From assembly GCF_006345805.1 (NCBI RefSeq), contig NW_021832374.1, positions 310,001 to 374,000 of the forward strand: DNA of 64,000 nucleotides. The letters run 5' to 3'. The notes below the pieces were generated by a model that was given only the letters and a program-made list of their open reading frames with translations, was not told the DNA's origin and made no database searches. Position 1 is the stretch's first letter; the number at the start of each line of letters is the position of its first letter. Source of the DNA: Octopus sinensis (lineage: Eukaryota). Positions 39,881 through 56,316 of this stretch are shown piece after piece. A program made the translations under genes and the position numbers.

Positions 39881-40454
39881 AAATTGGATTCATCGATCCA
39901 AATTAAAGTTCTTCCAGCAGACCTTGCTTTAAACAAGCAATCCAAAATTTTCATTTGTTTCAATTATTATTTTTTTGTGTCATCACTATATTTGCGATAT
40001 CTTGTTTTTCAGTCATCTATAACAATTTTTGCAGTATTTTGCGCAAAATTTTTTATACGCAACATTGATTTTCGTAATTACAAATAAGTTTATAGGTGGA
40101 AATTTGATTTTGTGATTACAGTTTGAAGTTTTTACTTAAAAATTTGATTTTGTGATTGCAGTTTAAAATTTGTAATAGACAAATTGACTTGAAAATGGTA
40201 TAGTATCGGGTTCATCATATTAGATAGTTTTCAAGTTACATTTTTGGCCAAAAGAGATGTCGTGCACGCGCAATACAAAATAATTTTCTAACGAGGTGAC
40301 TGTCTTCTCAGTCAGTATCTCGCTACAATCTAAATTTCGTGTTCTGTGGAGGACATCTTATATTTAATCCCAATTAAAGCAAAATTTTTTGGGTGGTAAA
40401 CATTGTTTATAAACAATTCAAACAAAAGTAGTAACCAAAACGTTTCATTAGTAA

Positions 40455-41645
<1,191 letters not shown>

Positions 41646-41964
41646 TGATAAGAAATAGGTTAGATATGTAGTTCAAAAATTTTATTAGTTTTTTAAAATA
41701 GTCAAACAAAAAATAAACCATTAAATACCAATAAAATAAATAATTTTTCAGGGTTTTAGGAAATCTGCAATTTCTTCGTTCTTTCGATCCCATTGATCAC
41801 GACAAATCTTGTACAGCACAGGAAACAATAAGAGTTATTAGTTTGGTCCATTTCCTTTTATTTAAGTCTTTCCCTACACTCCGAAGGAAATCTGGAATTT
41901 TTTATTTTTTCAATTAAACTTTAAAAAACGATGAATAATTCGTAGTGCCGATAGCGGCGGAGAC

Positions 41965-42141
41965 GTCGGGTGCTCTCAGTCCAAAGACTGAAAAGTTCCT
42001 CCGCAAGCTCGGAGCCAAAATCTCAATGCGCACTCACAATCCTCGGGAGGTGGATTGCCTATTGTAACGTTTCTCGATCGCCGTTATCCGGAGAAACAGT
42101 TTGGCAATCCGCCAGACTGCTGGCCTTCCCTTCGTTTAATC
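41965..42141 (+). mobile_element. CRE-like 3' tail (duplicate of the 22790-22986 tail)
   Basis: Near-identical sequence, followed by the hAT empty site. Confidence 0.7.
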
Positions 42142-42643
42142 GATATTAATTGATAACGAATCATTCCAATAAATGGGGTGCGTTTACCATCTAAAAAAAT
42201 TTTAAAATCATTTTAATAACAGATGTTTGGATTCTACTATTCACTTAGCAACAAAAAGACAAAAAATTTCTTTCCCATCGGTAAGTGGTCACCTGACTTG
42301 CTCCGAGTGGCTATTGAGCGGGCACAAAGCTATCGCTTACATTCGTTACTTTTGCTCTCTGGTGACATTAAATCCAAGACCGAAGGATCATGAACATTTT
42401 TTTTCCATCATGCAACTGAACTTTTATGGCATTCATTTACTGTCGGGGACAAGATCCAATTCCTATTTTTGATAAGTTCGTGGATATGGAAGGGATATTT
42501 GCAGTGGATGTACATATATTTTTAAGAAAGTAGCTTCTAGTGAACAGTGGTAAGAGTCCTGCCGTCTTTGAACGTACATTTTGTTTCTAAAAATGTGTCA
42601 CCTTCAGTAATAAGTAGGCAGTCGCTGTAAAATTAATACACTA

Positions 42644-42963
42644 CAGTAAAGTCTCTCATATTCGCCACTCTCTGATAACAGCCACAAAAATATATTTTAA
42701 ATGGAAAATTCTGATATCTGTTAAAAGAGGATGAACATGTTGATGAGCTAAAAATTGTCACTAATAAGAATGCTATTAAGCTTCACAAATAATCAAAGAA
42801 GTGAACCTTAAATTAAATAAGACTTTTAAGAGAGACGAAATTTACATTATTTAGGGTGATTAAAAAATAAATATTGCTTTGAAATTTTTTATGGATTCTT
42901 TAATCCACGATTTTCTAATATTTTTAGAAGTCTCATTTTTGGCAGAAATAAGAGACTTTACTG
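42644..42963. mobile_element. pogo/Tc1-mariner-type MITE (320 bp)
   Basis: TIRs CAGTAAAGTCTCT / AGAGACTTTACTG flanked by TA on both sides. Confidence 0.85.
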
Positions 42964-43199
42964 TATATCTAAAACATTGCTTAATAAATTATCTTGTGCT
43001 AAATAAATCACGAGAATTAATTTTTTTAACTTAAGGTTTGTTGCTTATTTTTAAACCAATATATTTATTCAATCTTTTTCTTGCTTTAAAGTATCGATGC
43101 ATAAGTCAGCAAACTTGTAAAATCAAAAGATAAAAATTGTGAAAATTTTGCCATGGCCATTTATCTCTTTTCATAATCGTTTGGAAGAAAAAGAATCCA

Positions 43200-43630
43200 C
43201 TACTAATGACCCAGACATTATGTTCTTATCCTATGCGGACGACCTGATTATCGCTGCAAGAGATAAATCTCCTTCTGTGGCTGTTGCAATGGTCCAGTCA
43301 CACCTTAACCGTGTGATTGGGTATCTGCAAATATGTTGTGTGTGTCTGCATCTGAATCCCAATTCACCCTCTTCACTACTGATAGAAGATTCAAGGATGG
43401 ACCGGAACTATTCATTGGAGACAAACCTATTCCCTCTTTGCGTACCCAGAAGATCCTTGGCGTAGTTTTCGACTCCTTAATGACGTTCTCAAGTCACGGG
43501 AGGAGGCTCTAGCTAAAGGTCCTCGGAAGTGGAACGTCTTGAAAGCGCTGTTAAAGAAGAGTCCCTTCCCCCTGAAAGATTGTCTACCAACAAGTGATTG
43601 CCCCGACGGTTGAGTATGCCTGCTCACCCT
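43200..43630 (+). mobile_element. Ingi/Vingi-like RT fragment
   Basis: FLSYADDLIIAA, KILGVVFDSLMTFSSH; parallels 27850-28170. Confidence 0.7.
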
Positions 43631-43822
43631 GGAGGTTTGCAATTAAAAAAATTTTTTAAATTTTTGAAGTTTTTTTTTTCACAGTACCAAATCAGATTAA
43701 AATTACAGATTTACTCAGGGGTAAAATTATTTTTGGCTTTTAGAATTTAATTTTAAAGCAGAATTTAAAATTTGCCGGACAAAAAAAATTGGATTTTTTA
43801 TTTTAATGAAACAAATTAAAAT

Positions 43823-44650
43823 TTAATAAGTTGATATCTCTCCACGTGCTTCATAAACTTCCAAACTTCTTTTTTTCATTGACATAACTAAATTTTCTAG
43901 GTATTCTTTCGGTATTGACTCCCATATCACAACTAATTTTTTCTCCAAATCTTTCAAGTTTTTTGGCGGTTTTTGCAATAATTTTCTCTTCATCATTGCC
44001 CGAACATGCTCAATTGGATTAAGGTCAGGTGATTGAGACGGCCAATCAAGAATTTTATATTTTCTATCGCATATAAATTCTTTAACTACTCGAGAACTGT
44101 GGCATGCAGCATTATCTTGTTGAAAAATAAATGAGTTTAACCCCCTTTTTTAGAGCTGATTGCTCCAGATTATTCGACAAAATGTTTAAATAATAAGCAC
44201 TGTTTAATTTTCCATTTAAAATAACAAGATTGCCGACGCCTTCATATGAGAAACATCCCCAAACCATTAACTTTCCTCCACCATACTTAACAGTAGGTAC
44301 GATATTGGACTTTTCATAGGCAGTACCGTTTTTTTTGCTGTTATAGATCCTTATTTTGCTGTTATAGACTTCAAAACATGACTCATCGGAGAAGATGACT
44401 TTCTTCCATTCTTCGTCAGATATGGCTAGAAACTTTTTCGCAATTAACCATCTGGATTCGATGTTTTTGGATGTTAAAAGAGGTTTGTGTTTTGCAGCTC
44501 GGGCATGTAATCCAAATGAATTTAGTATACGACCAATTGTTATGGGAGATACGTCCACATTAAATTGATTTTTTGTTATCTCAGAAAAAGACACAGCAGA
44601 AATTGAGGGTTCATCCCTTTTGCTAGTTTCATGCTGTTTAACCATCAAAA
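43823..44650 (-). mobile_element. Tc1 DD34E transposase, 5'-truncated with one frameshift
   Basis: VIFSDES, KYGGGKLMVWGCF, QDNAACH...WPSQSPDLNPIE with 34 residues counted between D and E. Confidence 0.88.
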
Positions 44651-46039
44651 TACTAACAGAATCATAAATTTTTATTAAATAAAAGATTATTTTGATATTT
44701 ATTAAAAATTTTTTCAACAGACTCGAAGGAGTTAAAAAAAATATCATCAAGCTTAAATATCAGATCTGTATTATAACGAGCCTGCAAAAATTAAGGGAAT
44801 TTGTAAAAAAAATTCGGTAACTTTTTTTTATATATTGCGGTATATGGAAAATAATATTTCGTGCATTAAATCAAATAAACAGATTGGCGAACCACAATAG
44901 CATAGCAACATGGCAATTAAATATTAATTAAATCCACAAAAGGCTACCTGCTCAGTTAAACATTAAATCTAATTAATTGATTATTATCATCGTCTTATTA
45001 GCAAAGATCATAAATGCGAAAAATGGGAATTAATAATAAGATTATGATAATCGAATAAAATCGTAATAACCTCATTTGTTTAATTAATCATCTTGATCGG
45101 ATAATGAGCTTTGATTTTATCGATGATTCATAAAATAATTACTATCGATTGAAAGGATAAGAGGCTATAAATCCAGCTGTTAACACATTTACTCAAAAAA
45201 TATTTTAGACAAAATCAATTAAATTGATTTCCAGTCATGACTATCGAATGTCACTCAATAAATTAAGCCCATTGATAACAGCGGGATATCATAAACTTAC
45301 TTTTGAAATATGTCTTAATGTGAAATTACCTAAATAAGTACATTTGTTATTAAATAGGTTATTAGACAATTATCTCCATACCGACCTAATTGACCGAAAT
45401 TCTTAATAATTTCATTAAATGATACAGAATTCCTGACAGTGAATTGGTTTGGTGTGGTTATATTTCGACGTATAAAATGTGGTTTGCGGATTTACAAAGC
45501 TTGAACAGATTCGTGCATTCTAAACCCGTAAAATCAATTAAAATTCCATTAAAAATTTGAATATTCCCCAATACGTTCTTGATCGATAGAACGATTTTTA
45601 ATTAATATTTATTTTTATCTCTTAAGCAAGCATATTTATTGACATTATTATATCCGGCAATTAAACTATTTCAATCACTAGTAGACATTCAATTTGTCTG
45701 GAAAATATGTCACAGCCTATCACTCTCAAGAGATTCAAGTGCGCTCTGTGACAATTTCATCAATTGACAGAAGGAATAATACAAGACATGACATTCAACC
45801 TATTATTAGGAGCCATAGAAAACTAAAATCTCATCCTGCTACAATATTGCAGGTAGCAATTATCTTAATTTAACGTTGCCTTATTACACAAACGATTACA
45901 AAGCAACACCAATAAAACGTAATTACTCAGCGGCGATTGCGTTCAAGTCAAAATTACTGCAATTTGCGCTTATTTCACTCTTTATTTCATTGTGCCTGAT
46001 GCATCCTGGTTCCAGACAAGTTACTTTGTACATCTTACA

Positions 46040-48613
<2,574 letters not shown>

Positions 48614-50352
48614 TTCTTTATTCACATTAATTAGAATGCGAAATGATTTATTTACGTGCTTTAATCTTGTGTAATAAATCAGGAATATTTGCGTTTTCTG
48701 AACTAATTCACCGGCTACCGTCAATTATATAGATTTATGTGTTTTATTATACTATTTCGACGATTTTCAATTTGTTTGAAAATGTATAGGCTCAGTTGTT
48801 TAACCCCAGTATATTCAAAAAATAAGTTACCCTTCAGAATGCCATATCCACATCAGAGTGGCATATGAACTAGCCTTTACAGGTCATTTGAGTCGTTTCT
48901 ATTTTATGGACTCCTGTTAAAATCATTATTCAAAATGATCAGTATTGTTGATCTTGGCACTTCGGGAATTTCTGACTTAAAAATTAAAATACTTTAAATC
49001 TATTGGCTAATTCTATGATAACAACATTTCGACAAACGTACGTATTTTGGCATCTTCTTCGACCTTCGATTTGACCATATTTATTCAATTGTGTTTTTAG
49101 AGTTTTCTTAAACAAACAGTTATTTTTACTTCACTACTTATAAAAACCTATATCAAACTGATGCCCTTAATATTAGTTGAAATATTTCATTAGTATTATT
49201 TGTGCTCACGTTGTAACTAATTTTCGGAATGTTTGATAAATTTAATAGACTAAACAAGATATTTGAACCAAATTTGTATAATATGTCGCATCCCATGCTG
49301 GATACATGTCACCTGTCAACACATCATTTTTACGAGGTCACTGATTGTCAGATGTTATAATTAATGTGGTTTTTATCATGCGTTACTCGAGCGGGACATA
49401 TTTAATATTTTTTAGCGTTATTTCTGAATTTTCAACATATCTTCTCTAAAATGTTTTCGATACAATTATTAAACGAAGCACTTTCATATATAACATTCAT
49501 TCTTCAATAAACGAAACATCATTTAAAATCTGAAAGGAGTTTCTGGAATAAAGTCATTCATGAGTATAAAAGTTTTTCAATTTTTTTAAATTTTAAAGAA
49601 ACTGAGAGTTTGGATGATTTTTATCCACTATTGGATGTAGAAAATATTTTAGATGTTTCAGGTAAATTTTGTATAAAGTATGCTAGGAAACTTGGATGAT
49701 AATGACTTTATTAATTTTTCTTAACCGAATTTAAATTTCATTGTATTTTAAACAGATGAATAAAAAATGAATGTTCATCAATCCAAATACGATTTTACAA
49801 TTGGGGATGAAGTATGTTTATTGAATATTTGGTAGGTTCACAACCAGCCGAAATTATTTAATTTTTGTCATACAATCGACTAGTAGTTTATTTCTTAATT
49901 ATGTATATCAGATTGAGACACGTTCGGGGAAATCTAAAATAATTAATGTAAAAACATAAACGCTTAATTTTGATAATTTTTTTTATTTTTGAAACGGTTA
50001 TTGATTAAAAACAAATGGAATTAAAATTTTTTGGAATTAATTCTTCGTCACTGTGACAGGCATTATGACAGATTGACGGGTGATATATATGGGTAGCTCG
50101 TGCTGGACGCGACATAATACATAAGTTCTCTCTATATAGCTCTTCCATACTTGAATGGTTTGGAAATAAAAAATTGCAAATTATCTAAGATTGATTTTTT
50201 GTTTTAAATTTTTATCTGTAAATTAATGCTGATGTCCCATAGACAAGAACATTCGAAAAAATATACAGAAATGACTTCTACTCACCATAAATTAAATTAT
50301 TATTTAAAGTTTAATTTTGATGAAAAATAGTTTCCATAGTTTTTATTTATAA

Positions 50353-53300
50353 ATGGAACAAACGTCGAGCTCAACCGTAAAAATAATCGTGACAATAAAC
50401 AAGTGCGAAGGAATTGTATTTCTAATTTATTAATATATTTTAAGATAAGTACAAAATCTTCAAATTTTAATTTACTTTTAAAAAGTGAATTTTGCGGTAA
50501 AAATTTTATCGAGTCAACAAAAATTCCCTGTTCAGAAGAAACTTCTTCCTTTGATTATTCAATAGTTCTTCCAGTAACCATAAATGACATTACAACTGCC
50601 AATGAACTGGCGAATAATCCAATAGTCGGTGAAAATAATTTTTTTAAGTTTTTAGTCCAGGCCTATGAGATTTTGTCTAAAGAAAAAAAACAAAAAGAAG
50701 AAAAAATGAATCTTTTAGGATATTTTGAAATTGATCTTTTACAAATCATTGAGAATCAGCCTTCAGTCTCGAATTCAGTCTACCTTATCCCAAATGAGTT
50801 AATTTATACGGAAGAATTGATGAAATCTGCAAATAACGTGATTTTATTTTATTTACTACAAATAGTTTATATTTCACTATGAAATTAAATGTCCGGAAAT
50901 TATTTTTTCAAAAGATCTTTTAAGTTCTTGGACAAGATTGTCATTCACAGTTGGAACACTTTTTGCAATTCCAGAAAATATGAATAATCCAAATAATATT
51001 TTTATTGCTTCAATATTGTTACCCTTGGAGAATGAAGTAAATTTAATTTTTATTTTTTAGAAAGAAGAAATAGCATGTTATTTTAACGGACAAATCAGAC
51101 AAAGCAACGAAACTTCTAATTGTGGAAAAAGATATCCAAAATTATCGACGTTTTCAAAACCTTTAAACCGAAGAATAGCCTTTGATCAAAATCTAAAAAA
51201 TTGTCAGAATTGCCTCGCAGAAATGAAAGATATTCCTTTTGGAAAAGAACGACGACTTCTGGAGACAAGAAACCCTCGTATAGAATGGAACATTGAAATT
51301 AATTTTTACATCACCACAGAAGGAATTTCTGAGTTTTTTTTATTTCTAAATTGAAAAGGCTTAAAAGAAATATCACAAAAAACAGGTTTTTACCAATCGA
51401 AATCTGCGCTTACAATCCCAATCCAGGTATCAAAGGAAAAAAGGCATTTTCTGAAGTGATTACTTTCAGTTTGATGACGATTCTCAGGTTTTGTTTCACG
51501 GATTATCTTTCGTCAATTTCTGGCCGCTGTTATACCCAGGGGAGACCGATTTTGAAGGTGCCTTTTTAGTGAAAAACTTTGACAAGACTGAATTGTTAGC
51601 CAAGGTCAGTTCCTCTTTCTTAATTATTAGGGAGGACGAAAGAAAATTTTTACTGACGACTTCATAACTACTTCATATGCTACTTTCATGTCTCCAAGTC
51701 CTTCAAAGACTAAAAGAGATGACAAAAAAGAAATGAAAAAAATTCCTCCAAAGTTAATCATGACTCCATCTGAAAGAACTGAGCAAACCAGTTTCGAGGA
51801 TGGGAAAAGCTTTTTGACAGTTACGTGCTCAATAAACAAGCCTATGGTCCCCAAAAGAACTCGAGATCAGTTGGGGGATAGGTATTCTGTAAATGTCTAA
51901 TTTTAATAGTGTCTACAAGTATGTCGTCTCTAAAAGACCTAAGCCGTCACAGGAATCATTAGCTGATAAAGTTTATTTAAAAAATAAAGTTTTAGGCTGT
52001 TGAAAATTTTCAAAATGTCATTTCGTCCGTTTCTGATTCTATTTTAAGCGAGTTGTGCAAAATGATGGATTGTGCCTCTGTCGATGAACTCACTGCAGAA
52101 AAATGGTTTCACAGTAAATTTAAATATCACAAAGGGAATCCAAATTAGTTATGGAAATGAATTCTTCCGATATTTATTACGAAATCAAAGAAAAAGTGAA
52201 ATTTGCAATCATCAATATTGTAAGAGAAAAGTGTTTGCAAAAGTCAAAGTTTAAAAGTGAAAGCGAATTTAACGTTTATTTATATTTAATTAGAATTAGA
52301 CTTTTTTGTCTGATTTGTATGTTTTCTTGATGGATCAAATACACATTTCTCTCAATAAAAAAATCTCCGCTGTCGACGTTGTCCCCGAACCTCAGCCGTC
52401 TTTGTCAATAGAACAACTTGAATTTTTTGCAGACGAAGCCTACTCGATAAATAAATTTCAACTCTCAGCAGATTACATAAAACAAATTCTTTCCAGAATA
52501 CCAAATTCAGCCAAACATTGGCTCAAGTTGGCGGTTACTTCACTGAGAGTAAACGACATGGAAAGTTCCCTCTACTATGCTGAACAATGCCTGTTCTACG
52601 ACCCTTTGAACTACGACGGGTAGATTCTGTCATGAAAATGGTATATAGGCAAATATTTACATCAATAATGACCGCTCTTCAAAATGACTATCAACGAGCT
52701 GAAGAGATTATGGAATATAACGTCGAATTGAATCAAGAAAATAACACTTCGCTAATTATTATGGGTTACTGATTGAATTATAACAAAATAAAAGGACTTC
52801 TTTATGAACAAAATGGGAATGATCTCAAAGCAGAAATGGCATTTCGATATGCCAATTTAAATACTGACAAATGTGAAGATTTTCCTCTTTCCACAGCCGA
52901 CATTTTTCTAAAAAATGGTTTTTTAAATCAGATTTTAGAAATGTCAGAAAGGAATTCTTCAGTCAAAAAATTTAGTTTTGAAAGCATGGTCTTAAATTCT
53001 CCAAAAATTAGCGAAAATGAAGTGAAAATTTCCTCAAATAGAGACTCTAACGATCCCGCCTTTTTGACAGCAGCAAATTGCTTATTTTCCCTCAATCTAA
53101 TTCTTGTTAATTCCCCCCAAAATTAATTTTTCAGTATGCAGAGAAATCTCTCTCAAAAATATACACAGAAAAATCTCCAGAATACAACATTCTTAAAGCC
53201 CGAATTGCCTTATACAGAAAAGAATATGCTCAATTTGACAGCATAATTGACACTTCATTGGTCGAATTGGTCGACGAACCTGCCATTTGGGCTCTGATTG

Positions 53301-53832
53301 GGCATAGTTTGTATGAAAGAGAAGATTACAGCAAGGCAGTAGACGCCTATAATCGCTATATCGACATGTTGGGCGAGAAAAGTGAAATGCATGCAGTACT
53401 TCTACGTCTTTCGGAGATATACCTGAATAAAGAAAAGTACTCCGAAGCGAAATATGTATTCAAATTAGCCACACAAAATAATCCGACATATATGACGTGG
53501 CTTGGTTTGGGAATTTGTTGTTATCGGGTTTGAATTGAACAGGAGATAACTAATGAGTAGATTGGAGAGATCGAAGAAGCTGAAATGGCACTCTGTGAGG
53601 CAAATTGTTTGAACAGTCTCGATTTTAAAGCGTGGGCATATCTTTGTCTGATTTCTATCAAAACAAAAAGGCAAATGGAGGCGGAACAGTCATTTAAATA
53701 TGCGATAAGAGTTGATTTTATTGTTATTGGTTTTTGTAGTTGGGACTTGAGGAATATCCGGAGTTGTATGGGGAAGTCACTGACTTACAATCGAGTAGTG
53801 GATTTGGAAATCCACAATTTAATTTTAGTTAA
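50353..53832 (+). CDS. CFAP70: Cilia- and flagella-associated protein 70 (TPR protein)
   Basis: EILSKEKKQKEEKMNLLGYFEIDLL near the N-terminus; C-terminal TWLGLGICCYR, EAEMALCEAN, RQMEAEQSFKYA, GFGNPQF; many mini-introns. Confidence 0.85.
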
Positions 53833-53900
53833 ATAATAATGAAATTTCTAATCAACAATAATTAATTATATTAAAATGTTTAAATTCATTTTCTGTAGGT

Positions 53901-54391
53901 ATGTTTCTACCCGTGTTAAGTAACGCCTTTAAAAGTTTTGGCTTAAGAATAAGAAGTTCCTCGACTAAAACGAGCGAAATTGAGTAATAAAATAATTCTA
54001 AACATTCAGCTATTATTTCAAAATGTACGAAAAGAGACTCTCAGTGATACCCCCTGCTCCAAAACTGAAACACGAAACAGTCATCAAATACGGAATTGAG
54101 GACGGGAAAATGATATCCTGCAAACAAGTTGTCGACAAATTTTACAGACTCAACAGCGGGTTATGGATAAGGACTTTTGGGACTTGCAAAAATTATTTAA
54201 AGCCATATAGCGAACGTAAAAGAATGAGAGAACATATTTTTTGCACAAAAAAGCAATGCAAAACACTCGATAAGATGGTCAGTCCAGAATTCAAGCGAAG
54301 ACGATATTATCCCGATGATATTTACGAAAATTACCACCATCGAAGTAATTTGAGTACAGCCCCCACTCGTCCACGCCCATTTTGGCCTTGA
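53901..54391 (+). CDS. MRPL35: Mitochondrial ribosomal protein L35
   Basis: VVDKFYRLNSGLWIR...RKRMREHIFCTKKQCKTLDKM...RRYYPDDIYENYH; the 5' exon is approximate. Confidence 0.85.
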
Positions 54392-54741
54392 AAATTATTT
54401 TTTCTTTACTTTTATTAAATTTGCAGTAAATAAAAAGTTATTTCTTTTTTTACAATCCTTTTTATTAAAACTTGAAAAGGTATTATCTGTACCCAGCATA
54501 TTCCTATATGACGTTTAAAGCCCCACATTCTCATATTCAGAAATAAAATTACATCAGTAGAGGAACGTGGAAGAAGAATTTGTTTCAATATAAAAGAATT
54601 TTGTCGACATTTTGGATGTAAAAAATCATGTTCTCCAATAACAGCACTATTCTACAGAACAGGATTGGGGCAACTGAAGTGAGGAATATGCAATTCCAGG
54701 TTCTTAAAAAACATAATAAAGACTTGTATTTCAAAATAATA

Positions 54742-55623
54742 TTATAAAGCAGTTCCAGACAGAAAGACCTTGCCTTTGTGTTTATCACAATAAATAGTGA
54801 AATTATCCTCGATGAAAAGGCACTCTAAACATAAAACCAAAAAATCCAGCCTGCTTCGTGGGCACATTGAAAATGATAAAACTTCTTACAGCCTTTTTTT
54901 ACACATGAAAGAGATGCTCCGACATTCCTGCACACGTGACAAGTCTATAAAATTTAAGTCTTGAACTACATTTTGCTTAGCAAAGGAAACAGCCTCCGCA
55001 AGACCGAAAATGATTTTACTGCTCACGTAAACACCGTTCGTCCACACAGCACAGTCTTCGTGAGTCCATATTTCATAATCTTTGTTATCCTCACTGCGAT
55101 ACGGCCCAAAGAGGTCCCCGAGGTGGATGTCCCCTCTTCGTCTTCCACAAAAAGAGCAAGAGTCCAATTTTACTTCTCTGCTGACTCGTGGCATATGGGC
55201 GACGGAATTGGGATGTTTGGGAGGTAGAGGCATTCTATTGGGGCACTCGTAGTTCATTACTTCCACTTTGGTTGGATTCTGTAAATCGGGACCAGTTATT
55301 TTAACATATGGAGAGAACTTTATATTTCGTTTTTTCGGTTTAATTTTTAAAGACGGGGGTAATTTGATATTCAAATCTTTGATACGTTTTGCTTTGGGCT
55401 GGTTCTTTGCATTTTTTGGTTTTCTTTTGTATGTTTTTTTAACTTTAGTTATAATCGTAGAATCAGGGATATCATGTGTTTGAGAAATATCTTCAACAGT
55501 CTTGTCCTCAGAATTAATCGAAGAGGTTTTTTCAGTATTCAAAGCAACTTGATTGGGGCATTCAAATGGGTGACCAATGTTGGGTAATTGTTCATAATTT
55601 AAATCATAACGGGGCGTTGACAT
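54742..55623 (-). CDS. TCF20/RAI1-like extended PHD finger protein
   Basis: CSFC...LGDLFGPY...WTHEDCAVWTNGVY...CHVC...GASLSC...YHFQCAHEA-ECLFIEDNFTIYCDKHK after a 25-nt GT-AG and a 26-nt GC-AG intron. Confidence 0.78.
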
Positions 55624-56316
55624 TTACTAAATTAATAAATTTTTATTAAAATGATATCGAAAATGTTAATTTCTTTATTTGTATATGTTAAGTGATATAT
55701 TAACCAAAATATTGTTTTACACTATTTATAATTCGTATAAATTAAATATTTATGTTAAGAATACATAAAATAAATATAAACTTATTTGTTTTATTCTTAA
55801 TCAGTAAAATAGTTAATTAAAACTTACAGTTTCAACAACTCACTTGACCAAACAGACAAGAATTGTGTATTTCTTAATTTTGCTGATAATAATTTTATGA
55901 TTAAGAAAATATACAAATGATTAAAATATTTGTATTGAAGACGAATTTTCAAATTTTTTCATATTCCACTAAATTTTAGAAAGTACAATATACCATAAAA
56001 GTATCTTCTACTATATAAGTAATGTTTAATCTAAAACATTATTTAAATTAAATAATTTTAAGCACTTTCTAAATTATTTTAGATCTTTTAATATGATAAA
56101 TCAATTTGAAAATGCACCTACAAAATATATTCGCATAAACCTACATTTTATAATTACTAAGTTTAAATATTCTTTAACTTTCTATTACCATTTAAAATGT
56201 TGCTTCCACGCAATATTGGTTTTATTTATTTCTAAATTATCTATTTTAAGAGAGTATCAATTAAGTAATTAAAATGTAACTAATCCCAATATAATTTGTT
56301 ATTTCGTCCTCCAAAA

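Noticed and set aside
44770-44810. CGAGCCTGCAAAAATTAAGGGAA as the TIR of the adjacent Tc1
   Set aside because: No inverted partner found in the window and no TA directly before it
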